Source: Candidatus Enterousia sp.
GTDB taxonomy: Bacteria; Pseudomonadota; Alphaproteobacteria; Rs-D84
Length of the DNA stretch: 64,000 bases
Assembly (NCBI GenBank): GCA_045654485.1
Contig: JAZONN010000016.1
Span: forward strand, 71,484-135,483
Reading direction: 5' to 3'
The notes beneath the pieces are model-generated. The model saw nothing but the letters and a program-made list of their open reading frames with translations, had not been told where the DNA came from and ran no database searches. Position numbers and translations under genes: made by a program. Shown one piece after another: positions 39,019 through 48,163 of the stretch; the first letter of the stretch is position 1; every line of letters starts with the position of its first letter.

Positions 39019-39669
39019 TTATCTCAAACTTTCTGCGGTTGTAATGATATCTGCCGGTGCGTCTTTGTCGCCGATGATTTTATCTAAAATCTTGTTTGCG
39101 GTTGTGCGATCGCCTTCGGTCATATATTTCTGTGCAACCATCAAACGTGCAGTATAATAATATGGTGAACTTTTTGTGTTTGTATCACTTAAATACTTTT
39201 CGACCTCGGCGGCGGTCATTTTGTCGCCACGTGCGGCCACTACGTGAATTTTTGCCAAATCACCAAAGTCACGTGTATTTGCATTTTCTGCTAATTTTTC
39301 CAACTTATCCATATCTTGGTCGATGATATATGCCTGTAGCAGAGCCAAGTCAGCCATTGCGCCATAATTGTTTTCGGCCAATGCCGCCAATGCGTTTGCA
39401 TCCATGCTTTCTGTGGCCACTTCGAATGCGTTTGCGGCGGCTATTTTATTTGCATTATGTGTGCGAATACCAATTTGAATTCCGGTTGCAACAATTAGTA
39501 TCGCCAAAGCGGCAACCATAAAATGTTTGGAATATTTTTTTACAAAGCGCATAGTTTTTTCATTGTTTACTTCTTCCCATACTTCACGATAAAGTGCATC
39601 TTCCATATGTTCGCTATGGGTTTTTTTGATTGGTTTGATTTTTTTATTTCTTTCCAACATGTTTGCCAT
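39019..39669 (-). CDS. YfgM/DUF2659-like TPR membrane protein
   Basis: DALYREVWEEVNNEK..RF.KKY + TM helix, helical C-terminus; GGAG RBS before ATG 39669. Confidence 0.75.
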   Translation of the reverse strand: MANMLERNKKIKPIKKTHSEHMEDALYREVWEEVNNEKTMRFVKKYSKHFMVAALAILIVATGIQIGIRTHNANKIAAANAFEVATESMDANALAALAENNYGAMADLALLQAYIIDQDMDKLEKLAENANTRDFGDLAKIHVVAARGDKMTAAEVEKYLSDTNTKSSPYYYTARLMVAQKYMTEGDRTTANKILDKIIGDKDAPADIITTAESLR

Positions 39670-39721
39670 GATGATACTCCTGTGCTTGAAAAATATTAAT
39701 TTATGGTATACTATAAAGGTT

Positions 39722-40636
39722 ATGAGAAAGGAAATCAAGAACGCTTTGCCGGCTGTAAAAAATACTGGGATTGTTGCCGCCCGTGGGGTAAGTGACGATA
39801 ACAGTTTGGCTCAATATATTCAAAATGTGCAAAAAATACCGGTTTTGACCGCCGAACAAGAATATGAATATGCGACACGTTGGACCCGTGAACATGATCA
39901 GCGTGCGGCCGAACAATTGGTGGCAAGTCATTTGCGCTTGGTCGTATCTGTGGCATACGATTATAAAAATTATGGGATACCGGTATCTGAATTGATTGCA
40001 AGTGGTAATATGGGGCTTATGCAGGCATTGCAAAAATTTGATCCGGAAAAGGGCTTTCGTTTTTCGACCTATGCGATGTTTTGGATTAAGGCGGAAATTT
40101 ACGAAACGATTTTGAACAATTGGTCTGTTGTACGGATTGGTTCGTCTGCAAATCAAAAACGTGTATTTTTTAATCTTTCACGTGCCAAGCGTGCATTGGG
40201 GATTATGGATAATAATCTTACGGATGAGCAAACCGAACAAATTGCCGAATATTTGGATGTGCCGACGCGTGATGTTGCGCGTATGGCGACACGTATTACC
40301 GCACGTGACGTATCGTTAAATGCGCCACTTAATTCCGAAGATGGTGCAACAGATGTATTATCAAATATGTCTGATGGTCGTGCAACGGTCGAAGATACAT
40401 TGGAACAAATCGAGTTTCGTCGTCGTGGATACGATTTGTTGCGTCGTCATTTGCAAAAAATGTCTGAACGTGACAGGGAAATTTTGGTGGCACGTCGTCT
40501 GCGTGAACCGGTTGCAACATTAGAGGCCTTGTCCCAAAAATATGGTATATCGCGCGAACGTGTGCGTCAGATAGAAGAACGTGCCTATAACAAATTGCGT
40601 GATGCGGTTTTGGCGGATGCGGGCGAAGGAAAATAA
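39722..40636 (+). CDS. rpoH: RNA polymerase sigma-32 factor
   Basis: LVASHLRLVV, GLMQALQKFDPEKGFRFSTYAMFWI, RpoH box QKRVFFNL, YGISRERVRQIE. Confidence 0.93.
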   Translation: MRKEIKNALPAVKNTGIVAARGVSDDNSLAQYIQNVQKIPVLTAEQEYEYATRWTREHDQRAAEQLVASHLRLVVSVAYDYKNYGIPVSELIASGNMGLMQALQKFDPEKGFRFSTYAMFWIKAEIYETILNNWSVVRIGSSANQKRVFFNLSRAKRALGIMDNNLTDEQTEQIAEYLDVPTRDVARMATRITARDVSLNAPLNSEDGATDVLSNMSDGRATVEDTLEQIEFRRRGYDLLRRHLQKMSERDREILVARRLREPVATLEALSQKYGISRERVRQIEERAYNKLRDAVLADAGEGK

Positions 40637-40637
40637 A

Positions 40638-41657
40638 ATGTCTGTTGTGAAAAAAATATCTGTATTGTCTGTTTTGTTGTTTTTGCCGCAAATGGCATCT
40701 GCGTTGGATTATAATACCGGTCGCTTTTCGTTTCGTTTAACGGGATACGGTACGTCTGGGGTCATAGAGCCGGATTTTGAATCGACCTTATTTATTGGTG
40801 ATTGGCGTGTTCGTGGTCAAATGAAGTATGCTTTATCGTCGGGTGCGATTGGTGCGGTTTATGCGCTGGATGAAGCGGCGTTGGACAAAGGTAATTTGTC
40901 ACGTGAAGTGTTTGCGTTTATGGAATTAGATGGTGTTGGTCGTATAGAATTGGGGTTAACCGATTCTGTTGCCCGCAAATTGGGTGTTGGTTTGCCTGAT
41001 GTTGGTGGTTTACGTATAAATGATAGGCCAATATACAATGAAAAAATTATACCAGATGATGCGGTGATTGCGGATACGACATTAACATCCGGTCGTCGGG
41101 CGCCACGTGTGAATTTAGTGACAACAACAGACGATGGTACGCAATATGGGGTGTCGTTTGCCGGTATGACGACTGATTATGATTGGGTTGCTGATTTTGG
41201 GCTAAAATTACGTAATTCGTCTGGAAAATTAAAAACGGCATATTCACTTGGTGCATCGTTTATTTCGCGTCCCGATGATTTTGATGCCGAAGTTTATACC
41301 CCCGGTGTGACTGCCGATTGGCGTGCTCAAATGTCTTTGGGGATGAATTTGCAGTATAACAGTTGGGTTGTTGGTTTGACATCTCGTGTTATATATGACC
41401 AAAATCCTATTGGGCCGATATCTGATGGCTTTGTCCTTGGGGCGGGGGCAAGTTACGATTTGCTGAAATATAGTGTTTCTTTGACGTATATGTTCTCGGA
41501 TACGGGCGTGTGGCAAAGTGACGTCAACGATTTTTATGATCATACGGTTGTTGCATCTTTCCGGTATAAATATAGTGAATTTGTAGATGGGTGGATTTCT
41601 GGTGGTGTGACATCTGAAACACCTTTTGTGTCGGCTGGGCTGCGTATAAGTTTTTAA
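40638..41657 (+). CDS. Outer-membrane porin (alphaproteobacterial/Gram-negative porin type)
   Basis: Signal peptide, GRIELG..D, alternating beta-strands, terminal ..AGLRISF. Confidence 0.8.
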   Translation: MSVVKKISVLSVLLFLPQMASALDYNTGRFSFRLTGYGTSGVIEPDFESTLFIGDWRVRGQMKYALSSGAIGAVYALDEAALDKGNLSREVFAFMELDGVGRIELGLTDSVARKLGVGLPDVGGLRINDRPIYNEKIIPDDAVIADTTLTSGRRAPRVNLVTTTDDGTQYGVSFAGMTTDYDWVADFGLKLRNSSGKLKTAYSLGASFISRPDDFDAEVYTPGVTADWRAQMSLGMNLQYNSWVVGLTSRVIYDQNPIGPISDGFVLGAGASYDLLKYSVSLTYMFSDTGVWQSDVNDFYDHTVVASFRYKYSEFVDGWISGGVTSETPFVSAGLRISF

Positions 41658-41828
41658 CGGTATAATCAAAACAATATTTTCCAAAAAACCTGCCACTTTC
41701 GTGCGCTTTATTGTTTACAGGTTGTAAAAAAATTGATATAATTAAACAAAAGCATACGATGTTATGCGGCGTTTTTTGCAACGAAAGGTTGGGTTTCTGG
41801 CACTTTGCCAGAATATACGGAGGGACTT

Positions 41829-43937
41829 ATGAAAAGTCAAAAAGTTACAGAATCATTCAAGAATGCCATGGGTACGGTGTTTTTATTGGCTGGTGCGTTC
41901 TTTGTTTGTTCAACATTATTGTCGATACGTTCGGTTATGGCCGATCCGATTGCGCCAATCGGTTTTGATTCAATGGTTGGTGATGAAAATATGCGTAGCC
42001 CACGTAGTGACCGTGCCAGCCCACGTAACCAATCCACAACCATACGTAAAACAATTGCACGCACGGCGACAAATCCACGTGCGGCGGCATCGGTAAACAC
42101 ACAAAATCGTGTTGCACCAACTCGTAACGTTGTGACACGCACGGCGACAAATCCACGTGCGGCGGCATCGGTAAACACACAAAACCGTGTTGCGCCAACC
42201 CGCAATGTTATTTCACGTGTTGCGGCGGCTCGTGTAAATGCGGCAAGTCCACGTAATGTTCGTGCCCGTGTTGCAGCAATATCGTCGGCCGATGATGCAC
42301 GTGTATCCTTAACTGGTAGTGCCATCAGGGGCAGTAAAAAAAGTTCTACGTCCACATATTCGTATCTAAATACAAAATTATACACCGGTAATTATGCAAA
42401 CATAATTGACACAACCACCGGTTTGATTTCTGCGGATGCGTATAGCAATTGTATGGAATCGTATTACACATGTATGGACGAAATTTGTACAGCACGTAGT
42501 GCGGCCCAACGTCGTTGTGCTTGTGCCGGCCGCGTCAAAGCGTTTGCCGAAGCCGAAGCGGCATTGGAAACCGCCAATGAAGAATTAATCAAAGTTTCCG
42601 GTGAATTAGCATTATTGATTTCAACACAAGGTAAAGATATTTCCGATGCGTTCAAATTGACCGATGCGGAAAAAGTTTTGAACTGTGTTTCATGGCAAGA
42701 AGCAAAAAGCAAATCTGCATCTGAATTACAATCGTGGTGCTTTAATCACGGGTTCTATGACGGCAATGGCAATGGTGCCACAAATTGCGAGCCAGATTAT
42801 TGCAGCACAGATGGGAACAACTTTGGATTTGATGTTAAGACCATAGACGGCAATTCGTCCGATATCCTGGCACAATTGCAATCTTGGGCGGATGCCAAAG
42901 AAAAGACCACAAAAATATTAACTGTTGATGAAGCGGGCCTTTTGGATGCGTTTGCAGGTGTTTCAGATATAGTTGGTAGTTTGGCGGGCATCAGTGGCAC
43001 AATCAATGGTTCAAATTCGGATAACGAAGTAAAAGATACATTGGCCAACACATGGGGTTATGACTTGTTTGAATATGCGCACGACAACGTATGTTCACGT
43101 GTATTGGACTCTTGCTTTAATGGTATTTACGAGGCCTGTGGTTCTCCATCGAATTTTGGTGGCAAATGCGCCAACGGTCAATCGTCTAATTGTCCATTTA
43201 ACTATAATTCCAACGTTGATGTTGATGCGACGGGTAATATTAAATTGAATGAACGTGGTGCGTCGGCGATGACAAATTCAAGTGCGACATGCTTTGGTTA
43301 TACATCCGCCACCGGTGATCCATATAGCTCTTTGCGTGGGCCGGTTGCTGATGCCCGTCGTAGCATCATGAACAAATACTTGTTGGATGCCAATGCAGAT
43401 TGTGACGTATATGGTGATCAATTGAAAACAACCGCACAAAATATTGGCTATCAAAAAGTTGCTGCCCAACAGGCATTGCAACAGAAACGCTTGGAATTCA
43501 AGATGGTTGCCGAAGAAGAGGTTGCGACCGCCGCACGTAATGCGATAAGCAACTATAACGAATGTATCGGTGAAATATTGGATTGCTATGAAAAGCAACA
43601 GCGTACCAATGAAAATTGGTCAAACAGCCGTATAAAATCATATTGTGCACAAATTACAAATGCACCACATTGTTATGAAGAAATGATTTGTACACCAACG
43701 GCAAACAAGATTTATGCGGTTGTTGACAAGAACGATTCCGCACAGTGTAAGAACACAAACGATTACACAACAAATGATTGCCGTAACGTTGTGACATTGA
43801 ATGAAATCTTGCATGGTACTGGTACGGCTGCATCAAAAGATGGGGAAAATTCTGCAGCTTTGCGTGAATACTGTCTGATTAATTCCGGTGCATCAGATGT
43901 TCGTACGTATCTAGAAAATAGTGAAGCATCAGAATAG
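41829..43937 (+). CDS. Secreted/membrane-anchored Cys-rich protein (702 aa from this start), paralog of 25351..27513
   Basis: Hydrophobic N-terminus, Arg/Ala/Thr-rich region with tandem repeat, CMESYYTCMDEIC...RRCAC, CSRVLDSC, LQQKRL, C..EI.DCY..Q; GGAGG RBS. Confidence 0.85.
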   Translation: MKSQKVTESFKNAMGTVFLLAGAFFVCSTLLSIRSVMADPIAPIGFDSMVGDENMRSPRSDRASPRNQSTTIRKTIARTATNPRAAASVNTQNRVAPTRNVVTRTATNPRAAASVNTQNRVAPTRNVISRVAAARVNAASPRNVRARVAAISSADDARVSLTGSAIRGSKKSSTSTYSYLNTKLYTGNYANIIDTTTGLISADAYSNCMESYYTCMDEICTARSAAQRRCACAGRVKAFAEAEAALETANEELIKVSGELALLISTQGKDISDAFKLTDAEKVLNCVSWQEAKSKSASELQSWCFNHGFYDGNGNGATNCEPDYCSTDGNNFGFDVKTIDGNSSDILAQLQSWADAKEKTTKILTVDEAGLLDAFAGVSDIVGSLAGISGTINGSNSDNEVKDTLANTWGYDLFEYAHDNVCSRVLDSCFNGIYEACGSPSNFGGKCANGQSSNCPFNYNSNVDVDATGNIKLNERGASAMTNSSATCFGYTSATGDPYSSLRGPVADARRSIMNKYLLDANADCDVYGDQLKTTAQNIGYQKVAAQQALQQKRLEFKMVAEEEVATAARNAISNYNECIGEILDCYEKQQRTNENWSNSRIKSYCAQITNAPHCYEEMICTPTANKIYAVVDKNDSAQCKNTNDYTTNDCRNVVTLNEILHGTGTAASKDGENSAALREYCLINSGASDVRTYLENSEASE
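42058..42209 (+). repeat. Two-copy 78-bp in-frame tandem repeat (RTATNPRAAASVNTQNRVAPTRNV)
   Basis: Units start at 42058 and 42136; first ~50 bp identical, synonymous differences thereafter. Confidence 0.95.
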
Positions 43938-43940
43938 TTC

Positions 43941-43967
43941 AAAAAATCCCCCGTTTGGGGGATTTTT
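43941..43967. terminator. Bidirectional terminator
   Basis: AAAAAATCCCCC-gttt-GGGGGATTTTT between convergent genes. Confidence 0.9.
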
Positions 43968-43979
43968 AATTTTTTATTT

Positions 43980-44657
43980 TTATTTAAGAATTTTTTCCAT
44001 AAATGCTTTATGGTTTTCAAAATCTTCGGTCTTTGGTTCGTATTTCCTATACGGAAAATCGCCACCAACTTTTGGGTGTGCCAACATTGCAGCATGTTGT
44101 TTTGCTATTATTTCAGATACGTCCGGTGCGGGTGCGGTATTTTCCAATTCAATATAAACTTTGGCCAGAATTTCCGAGTCAATCAAAGCCCCGTGTGCAT
44201 CCGCACGTGCAGTCAAAGAAATTCCATACCATTTTGCCAATGCATCCAAAGAATAACTTTTTGGCCCAAATACACGATTGCGTGCAATTACAATAGAATC
44301 CAATTGTTGACTGCGTGGTATTTGTGGTAATTTCAACATTTCTAATTCATGATTGATAAAAGGAAAGTCAAAATCCAAACCGTTGTGCGCAACAATTTTG
44401 CTGTCACCGATAAATTCCAAAAATTTTGGTGCGATAACGCCCATTGTTGGTTTGTCTTCCAAGAAAGCATTTGAAATTTTATGAACCATATATGTATCTG
44501 GTGGAATAATCTTTCCTTCGGGATTAATGTATTCGTGGAATGAATTTTCGGTTATTTTGCCGTCTATTATTTCGACAGCACCGATTTCAATGCATCTGTC
44601 GCCACGCATATAGTCAAATCCAGTTGTTTCAATGTCAAAGCAAATAACACGATTCAT
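43980..44657 (-). CDS. dnaQ: DNA polymerase III epsilon subunit
   Basis: FDIETTG, IEIGAVE, VAHN..FDF.FIN.EL, SLDAL, HGALIDSEILA.VY. Confidence 0.95.
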   Translation of the reverse strand: MNRVICFDIETTGFDYMRGDRCIEIGAVEIIDGKITENSFHEYINPEGKIIPPDTYMVHKISNAFLEDKPTMGVIAPKFLEFIGDSKIVAHNGLDFDFPFINHELEMLKLPQIPRSQQLDSIVIARNRVFGPKSYSLDALAKWYGISLTARADAHGALIDSEILAKVYIELENTAPAPDVSEIIAKQHAAMLAHPKVGGDFPYRKYEPKTEDFENHKAFMEKILK

Positions 44658-44713
44658 TTTTTCCAGTCCTTGATAATAAATGTTTGTGGTATTATAATAG
44701 ATGCGTGAATTTA

Positions 44714-46783
44714 ATGCTAGAAAATCTTAATCCCGAACAAAGACGTGCCGTGGAAACAACCGACGGGCCTTTGTTGGTGTTGTCTGGTGCGGGAACTGGT
44801 AAAACACGTGTTTTGACAACACGTATTGCATATATATTAAATAGCCGGCTGGCTCAACCGTGGAATGTTTTGGCGTTAACCTTTACCAACAAGGCCGCAA
44901 ACGAAATGAAAAATCGTTTAACGGAATTGTCTGATGGTGCGTGGTATTCAGGCGATATTTGGTGCGGAACATTTCATTCGATGTGTTTGCGTATATTGCG
45001 TGCAAATGCCGAACGTGTTGGATTACGTCGTGACTTTATAATATTTGGCGAAGACGATCAAAAATCTGTCGTGAAATCTTTGATTGCATCAACGACCAAG
45101 AGCCCATCTGATTATGTCGAAGAATTTTCTGCTATCAAGGACAAAGGTCTTGCTGCATTAAAAAATACAGATAAATTATTTATGGCATATAATGCCGAAT
45201 TGTCACGACTAAATGCGGTTGATTTTGGTGATATTATATTAAAGGTATTGGAACTATTTAACAATAATTCGGATATTTTATCACGTTATCAGAATCAGTT
45301 TCGATATATTCTGGTCGATGAATTCCAAGATACCAATACCGCCCAAATGGAATTGCTGTGTTTCTTAACTCGTGATAAAGATTGTCCAAACATTTGTTGT
45401 GTTGGTGATGATGACCAATCTATATATTCTTGGCGTGGGGCTGAAATTCGGCATATTTTGAATTTTGAAAAGACGTTTGCTGGTACAACAATTATTCGAT
45501 TGGAAACAAATTATCGCAGTACTGCAAATATTCTTGGTGCCGCAAATTCGTTGATACGTCACAATAACGGTCGTTTGGGCAAAGATTTACGTGCGGTTGA
45601 TGCGGCGGGTTCGGGCGATCCAGTATATGTGTTAACATTGCCAACCGATTGGGATGAATCCCGCATAATAACAGATTCTATTCTACGTGAAGGGTCGGAT
45701 AATTTTTCCCGATACGCATTATTAATACGTGCGGGCAGTTTGTCACGTATGTTCGAAGAAGAATTTACCAAGCGTGGCATACCGTACAAATTAATTGGTG
45801 CGACCAAGTTCTATGATCGTATGGAAATACGTGATGTTATTGCGTATTTACGTTTGTTGGTATACCGATTTGATGATATATCATTTCTGCGTGTTATTGC
45901 CAAGCCAAGACGTGGTTTCGGTGACAAAGCGATTGAAAAGTTGCGTGCATCTGCGCCTGATTTAATGACGGGGTTGCGTGTTGCAAATTTGGCGCCAAAG
46001 TTGCGTGCAGCGGCCGATGAATTTTTATCTGCGTTTGATTTTGCGTGGCAAACAATGTCGCCACGTGATGCGGCCCAAACATTATTGGAACGCACGGGTT
46101 ATATGCGTATGTGGGCCGAATCCAAAGACACAGATGCCGCTGATCGTTTAACAAACATACGTGAATTAATTACATCTGTGATATCAAAATATGATACTTT
46201 GCCTGAGTTTCTAGAGCAGGCCGCCCTAATGACCACCGACGATGACGATACCGCCGATGACAACCAAAGTTCAAATTGTGTTCGAATAATGACGATACAT
46301 GCGGCCAAGGGTTTGGAATTTGATACTGTGTTTTTACCCGCATGGGAAGAAGGGGTGTTTCCCAATGATAAAGCAATTCAAAGTGGCGATGTAGAAGAAG
46401 AACGCCGTTTGGCATATGTTGCGATAACACGTGCCCGCAATTTATGCATCATTTCAAATGCCGCATCAAGAATGGTGTTTGGTTCACGTCAATGTAATTG
46501 CCCAAGTCGCTTTATCTCTGAAATAGATGATAAGTTTATAAATGCGCCATACGGTGGTGTTTATAACCGTTATGGTGGCGGTTGGGGTGTTTCTGAGACA
46601 AATATTGCGTCTGTGGCAAAACCTGCGCCTGCGATGAAAAAAACAACGGCTTTGGGCAAATTGGTTACACACAATGAATTGGGCGGTGGTGTTGTTATCG
46701 AAGACAATGGCGATGTGTTAACAATCGCATTCAAAAATTGTGGGATAAAGAAAGTGGCCCGTAATTTTGTAAAAATTTTATAG
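44714..46783 (+). CDS. uvrD: UvrD/PcrA family ATP-dependent DNA helicase
   Basis: LNPEQ..AV, SGAGTGKTRVLT, VDEFQDTN, VGDDDQSIYSWRGA, NYRS, TIHAAKGLEF, EEERRLAYVAITRA. Confidence 0.97.
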   Translation: MLENLNPEQRRAVETTDGPLLVLSGAGTGKTRVLTTRIAYILNSRLAQPWNVLALTFTNKAANEMKNRLTELSDGAWYSGDIWCGTFHSMCLRILRANAERVGLRRDFIIFGEDDQKSVVKSLIASTTKSPSDYVEEFSAIKDKGLAALKNTDKLFMAYNAELSRLNAVDFGDIILKVLELFNNNSDILSRYQNQFRYILVDEFQDTNTAQMELLCFLTRDKDCPNICCVGDDDQSIYSWRGAEIRHILNFEKTFAGTTIIRLETNYRSTANILGAANSLIRHNNGRLGKDLRAVDAAGSGDPVYVLTLPTDWDESRIITDSILREGSDNFSRYALLIRAGSLSRMFEEEFTKRGIPYKLIGATKFYDRMEIRDVIAYLRLLVYRFDDISFLRVIAKPRRGFGDKAIEKLRASAPDLMTGLRVANLAPKLRAAADEFLSAFDFAWQTMSPRDAAQTLLERTGYMRMWAESKDTDAADRLTNIRELITSVISKYDTLPEFLEQAALMTTDDDDTADDNQSSNCVRIMTIHAAKGLEFDTVFLPAWEEGVFPNDKAIQSGDVEEERRLAYVAITRARNLCIISNAASRMVFGSRQCNCPSRFISEIDDKFINAPYGGVYNRYGGGWGVSETNIASVAKPAPAMKKTTALGKLVTHNELGGGVVIEDNGDVLTIAFKNCGIKKVARNFVKIL

Positions 46784-46788
46784 TTAAA

Positions 46789-48162
46789 TTATCGACGGAA
46801 CCAACCCCAAATTCCCTTGGCGCCTTTGCCAATTAATCGACCCGTACCAACAATGGTGAATTTTGTTCCCTGTGCTATTTGTCTGCCTGTCCAATCTTTT
46901 GCTTTGTTTAATGTTGGGGAATTCCAGATCTTGTTTACGTCACCACGCATTGCTGTACCAATAGATTCATTTACAGAACCACCGATATCCTTGGCGATTT
47001 CTGCTGCTTTGGATGCAAAATACCAAACCAACAATCCGACTATAAGTGAAATCCAAAAACCTGGGCTTCTCAAACTTATACTTCCTGTATTGGATACTTC
47101 GACAAAAACACTTCCCACCAAAGCGGTACAAAAACCAATTACAATTGATAAAGACACATAATATACCGATGCATTAACCAATCGGTTGATTTGGTCGCTT
47201 AATTTTTCTGGTTTAAATACACTGGTAAACGCATTATATACCCGTCCAGGAATTGCGTCCAAAGATGTCTTGCCGACCGTTTCCGCCAATGCCGTAAAGG
47301 GCAACATTATAATTCCCAAAAATAAATCCAATATCACACCCAATGCTGCAAATGCAAATTTCCATGCAACTGTCATAAACAATACTATTATCGCAAGGCC
47401 GGCACATGTATCAACGATTGCGTTCCATACGCCTTCGCTTTCACCTGCAATCAGTTCCCAACCCGTCGCAATCATTGTATAGCAAAAGCCAGACAGACGG
47501 GTTGGTATGCATAGTAATGTTGCCGCCATATCTGGCTCTAAAATATTATCGGCCGCAGTATTTGTTTGTGCATATTCGTGAATTTTTGAACAGGTGTCGG
47601 GTAAATCAATCCCTATAAAATCCGTGCCGGCATTTAATATTGCGTCTGCCAAGAATGTTCCAATGGATACAATTGGTGCAATTATTATTGAAAACAATTT
47701 GATTGGCCCATAATGTAAAATCATTAACCATATGGCAACAATACCCGCTTTTTTTGCCAATGATGTGACCAGCTTTTTTACATCATTATCGCCTTGCATT
47801 GAATTATAAATTTCGAATCCCATCCAAAATGCAAACATAACCAATATGAATGCAAATATAAATGGCGTTAATGAGTCCTGTAAAGATTTTGCCACGTGTG
47901 ATAAAGCGTTCATAAAGGACAAGCCGACTTTGGCTTCGATTGGAACAAAGTCATTGGTTATTTGTGCGTTATTGCTAAACACCCTGGTATCAGTCATTAT
48001 TGTTTCGTGTACTGTTACCAAATTTTCTGGTGTTGCCCAATTTGTTGCATCAGAAAATTCGGGCAATGTAAACTCTGCGTATGCACTTTTTCCAAATGCA
48101 ACACAACATATAACGATTGCGATTAATATTTTTGATAAAAATTTATACCATATAATTTTCAC
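46789..48162 (-). CDS. VirB6/TrbL-like polytopic membrane protein (paralog 5)
   Basis: Signal peptide, multiple TM helices, periplasmic Cys pair, LFLGIIMLPF core, basic Trp-containing tail. Confidence 0.5.
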   Translation of the reverse strand: MKIIWYKFLSKILIAIVICCVAFGKSAYAEFTLPEFSDATNWATPENLVTVHETIMTDTRVFSNNAQITNDFVPIEAKVGLSFMNALSHVAKSLQDSLTPFIFAFILVMFAFWMGFEIYNSMQGDNDVKKLVTSLAKKAGIVAIWLMILHYGPIKLFSIIIAPIVSIGTFLADAILNAGTDFIGIDLPDTCSKIHEYAQTNTAADNILEPDMAATLLCIPTRLSGFCYTMIATGWELIAGESEGVWNAIVDTCAGLAIIVLFMTVAWKFAFAALGVILDLFLGIIMLPFTALAETVGKTSLDAIPGRVYNAFTSVFKPEKLSDQINRLVNASVYYVSLSIVIGFCTALVGSVFVEVSNTGSISLRSPGFWISLIVGLLVWYFASKAAEIAKDIGGSVNESIGTAMRGDVNKIWNSPTLNKAKDWTGRQIAQGTKFTIVGTGRLIGKGAKGIWGWFRR

Positions 48163-48163
48163 G

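Noticed and set aside
41770-41815. GAAA-containing stem suggesting a c-di-GMP-I riboswitch
   Set aside because: Lacks the conserved GGCAAAC/GACGCAAAG elements; kept only as a generic structured leader
42058-42209. Direct repeat as a possible CRISPR array
   Set aside because: Two contiguous in-frame 78-bp units with no spacers and no cas genes
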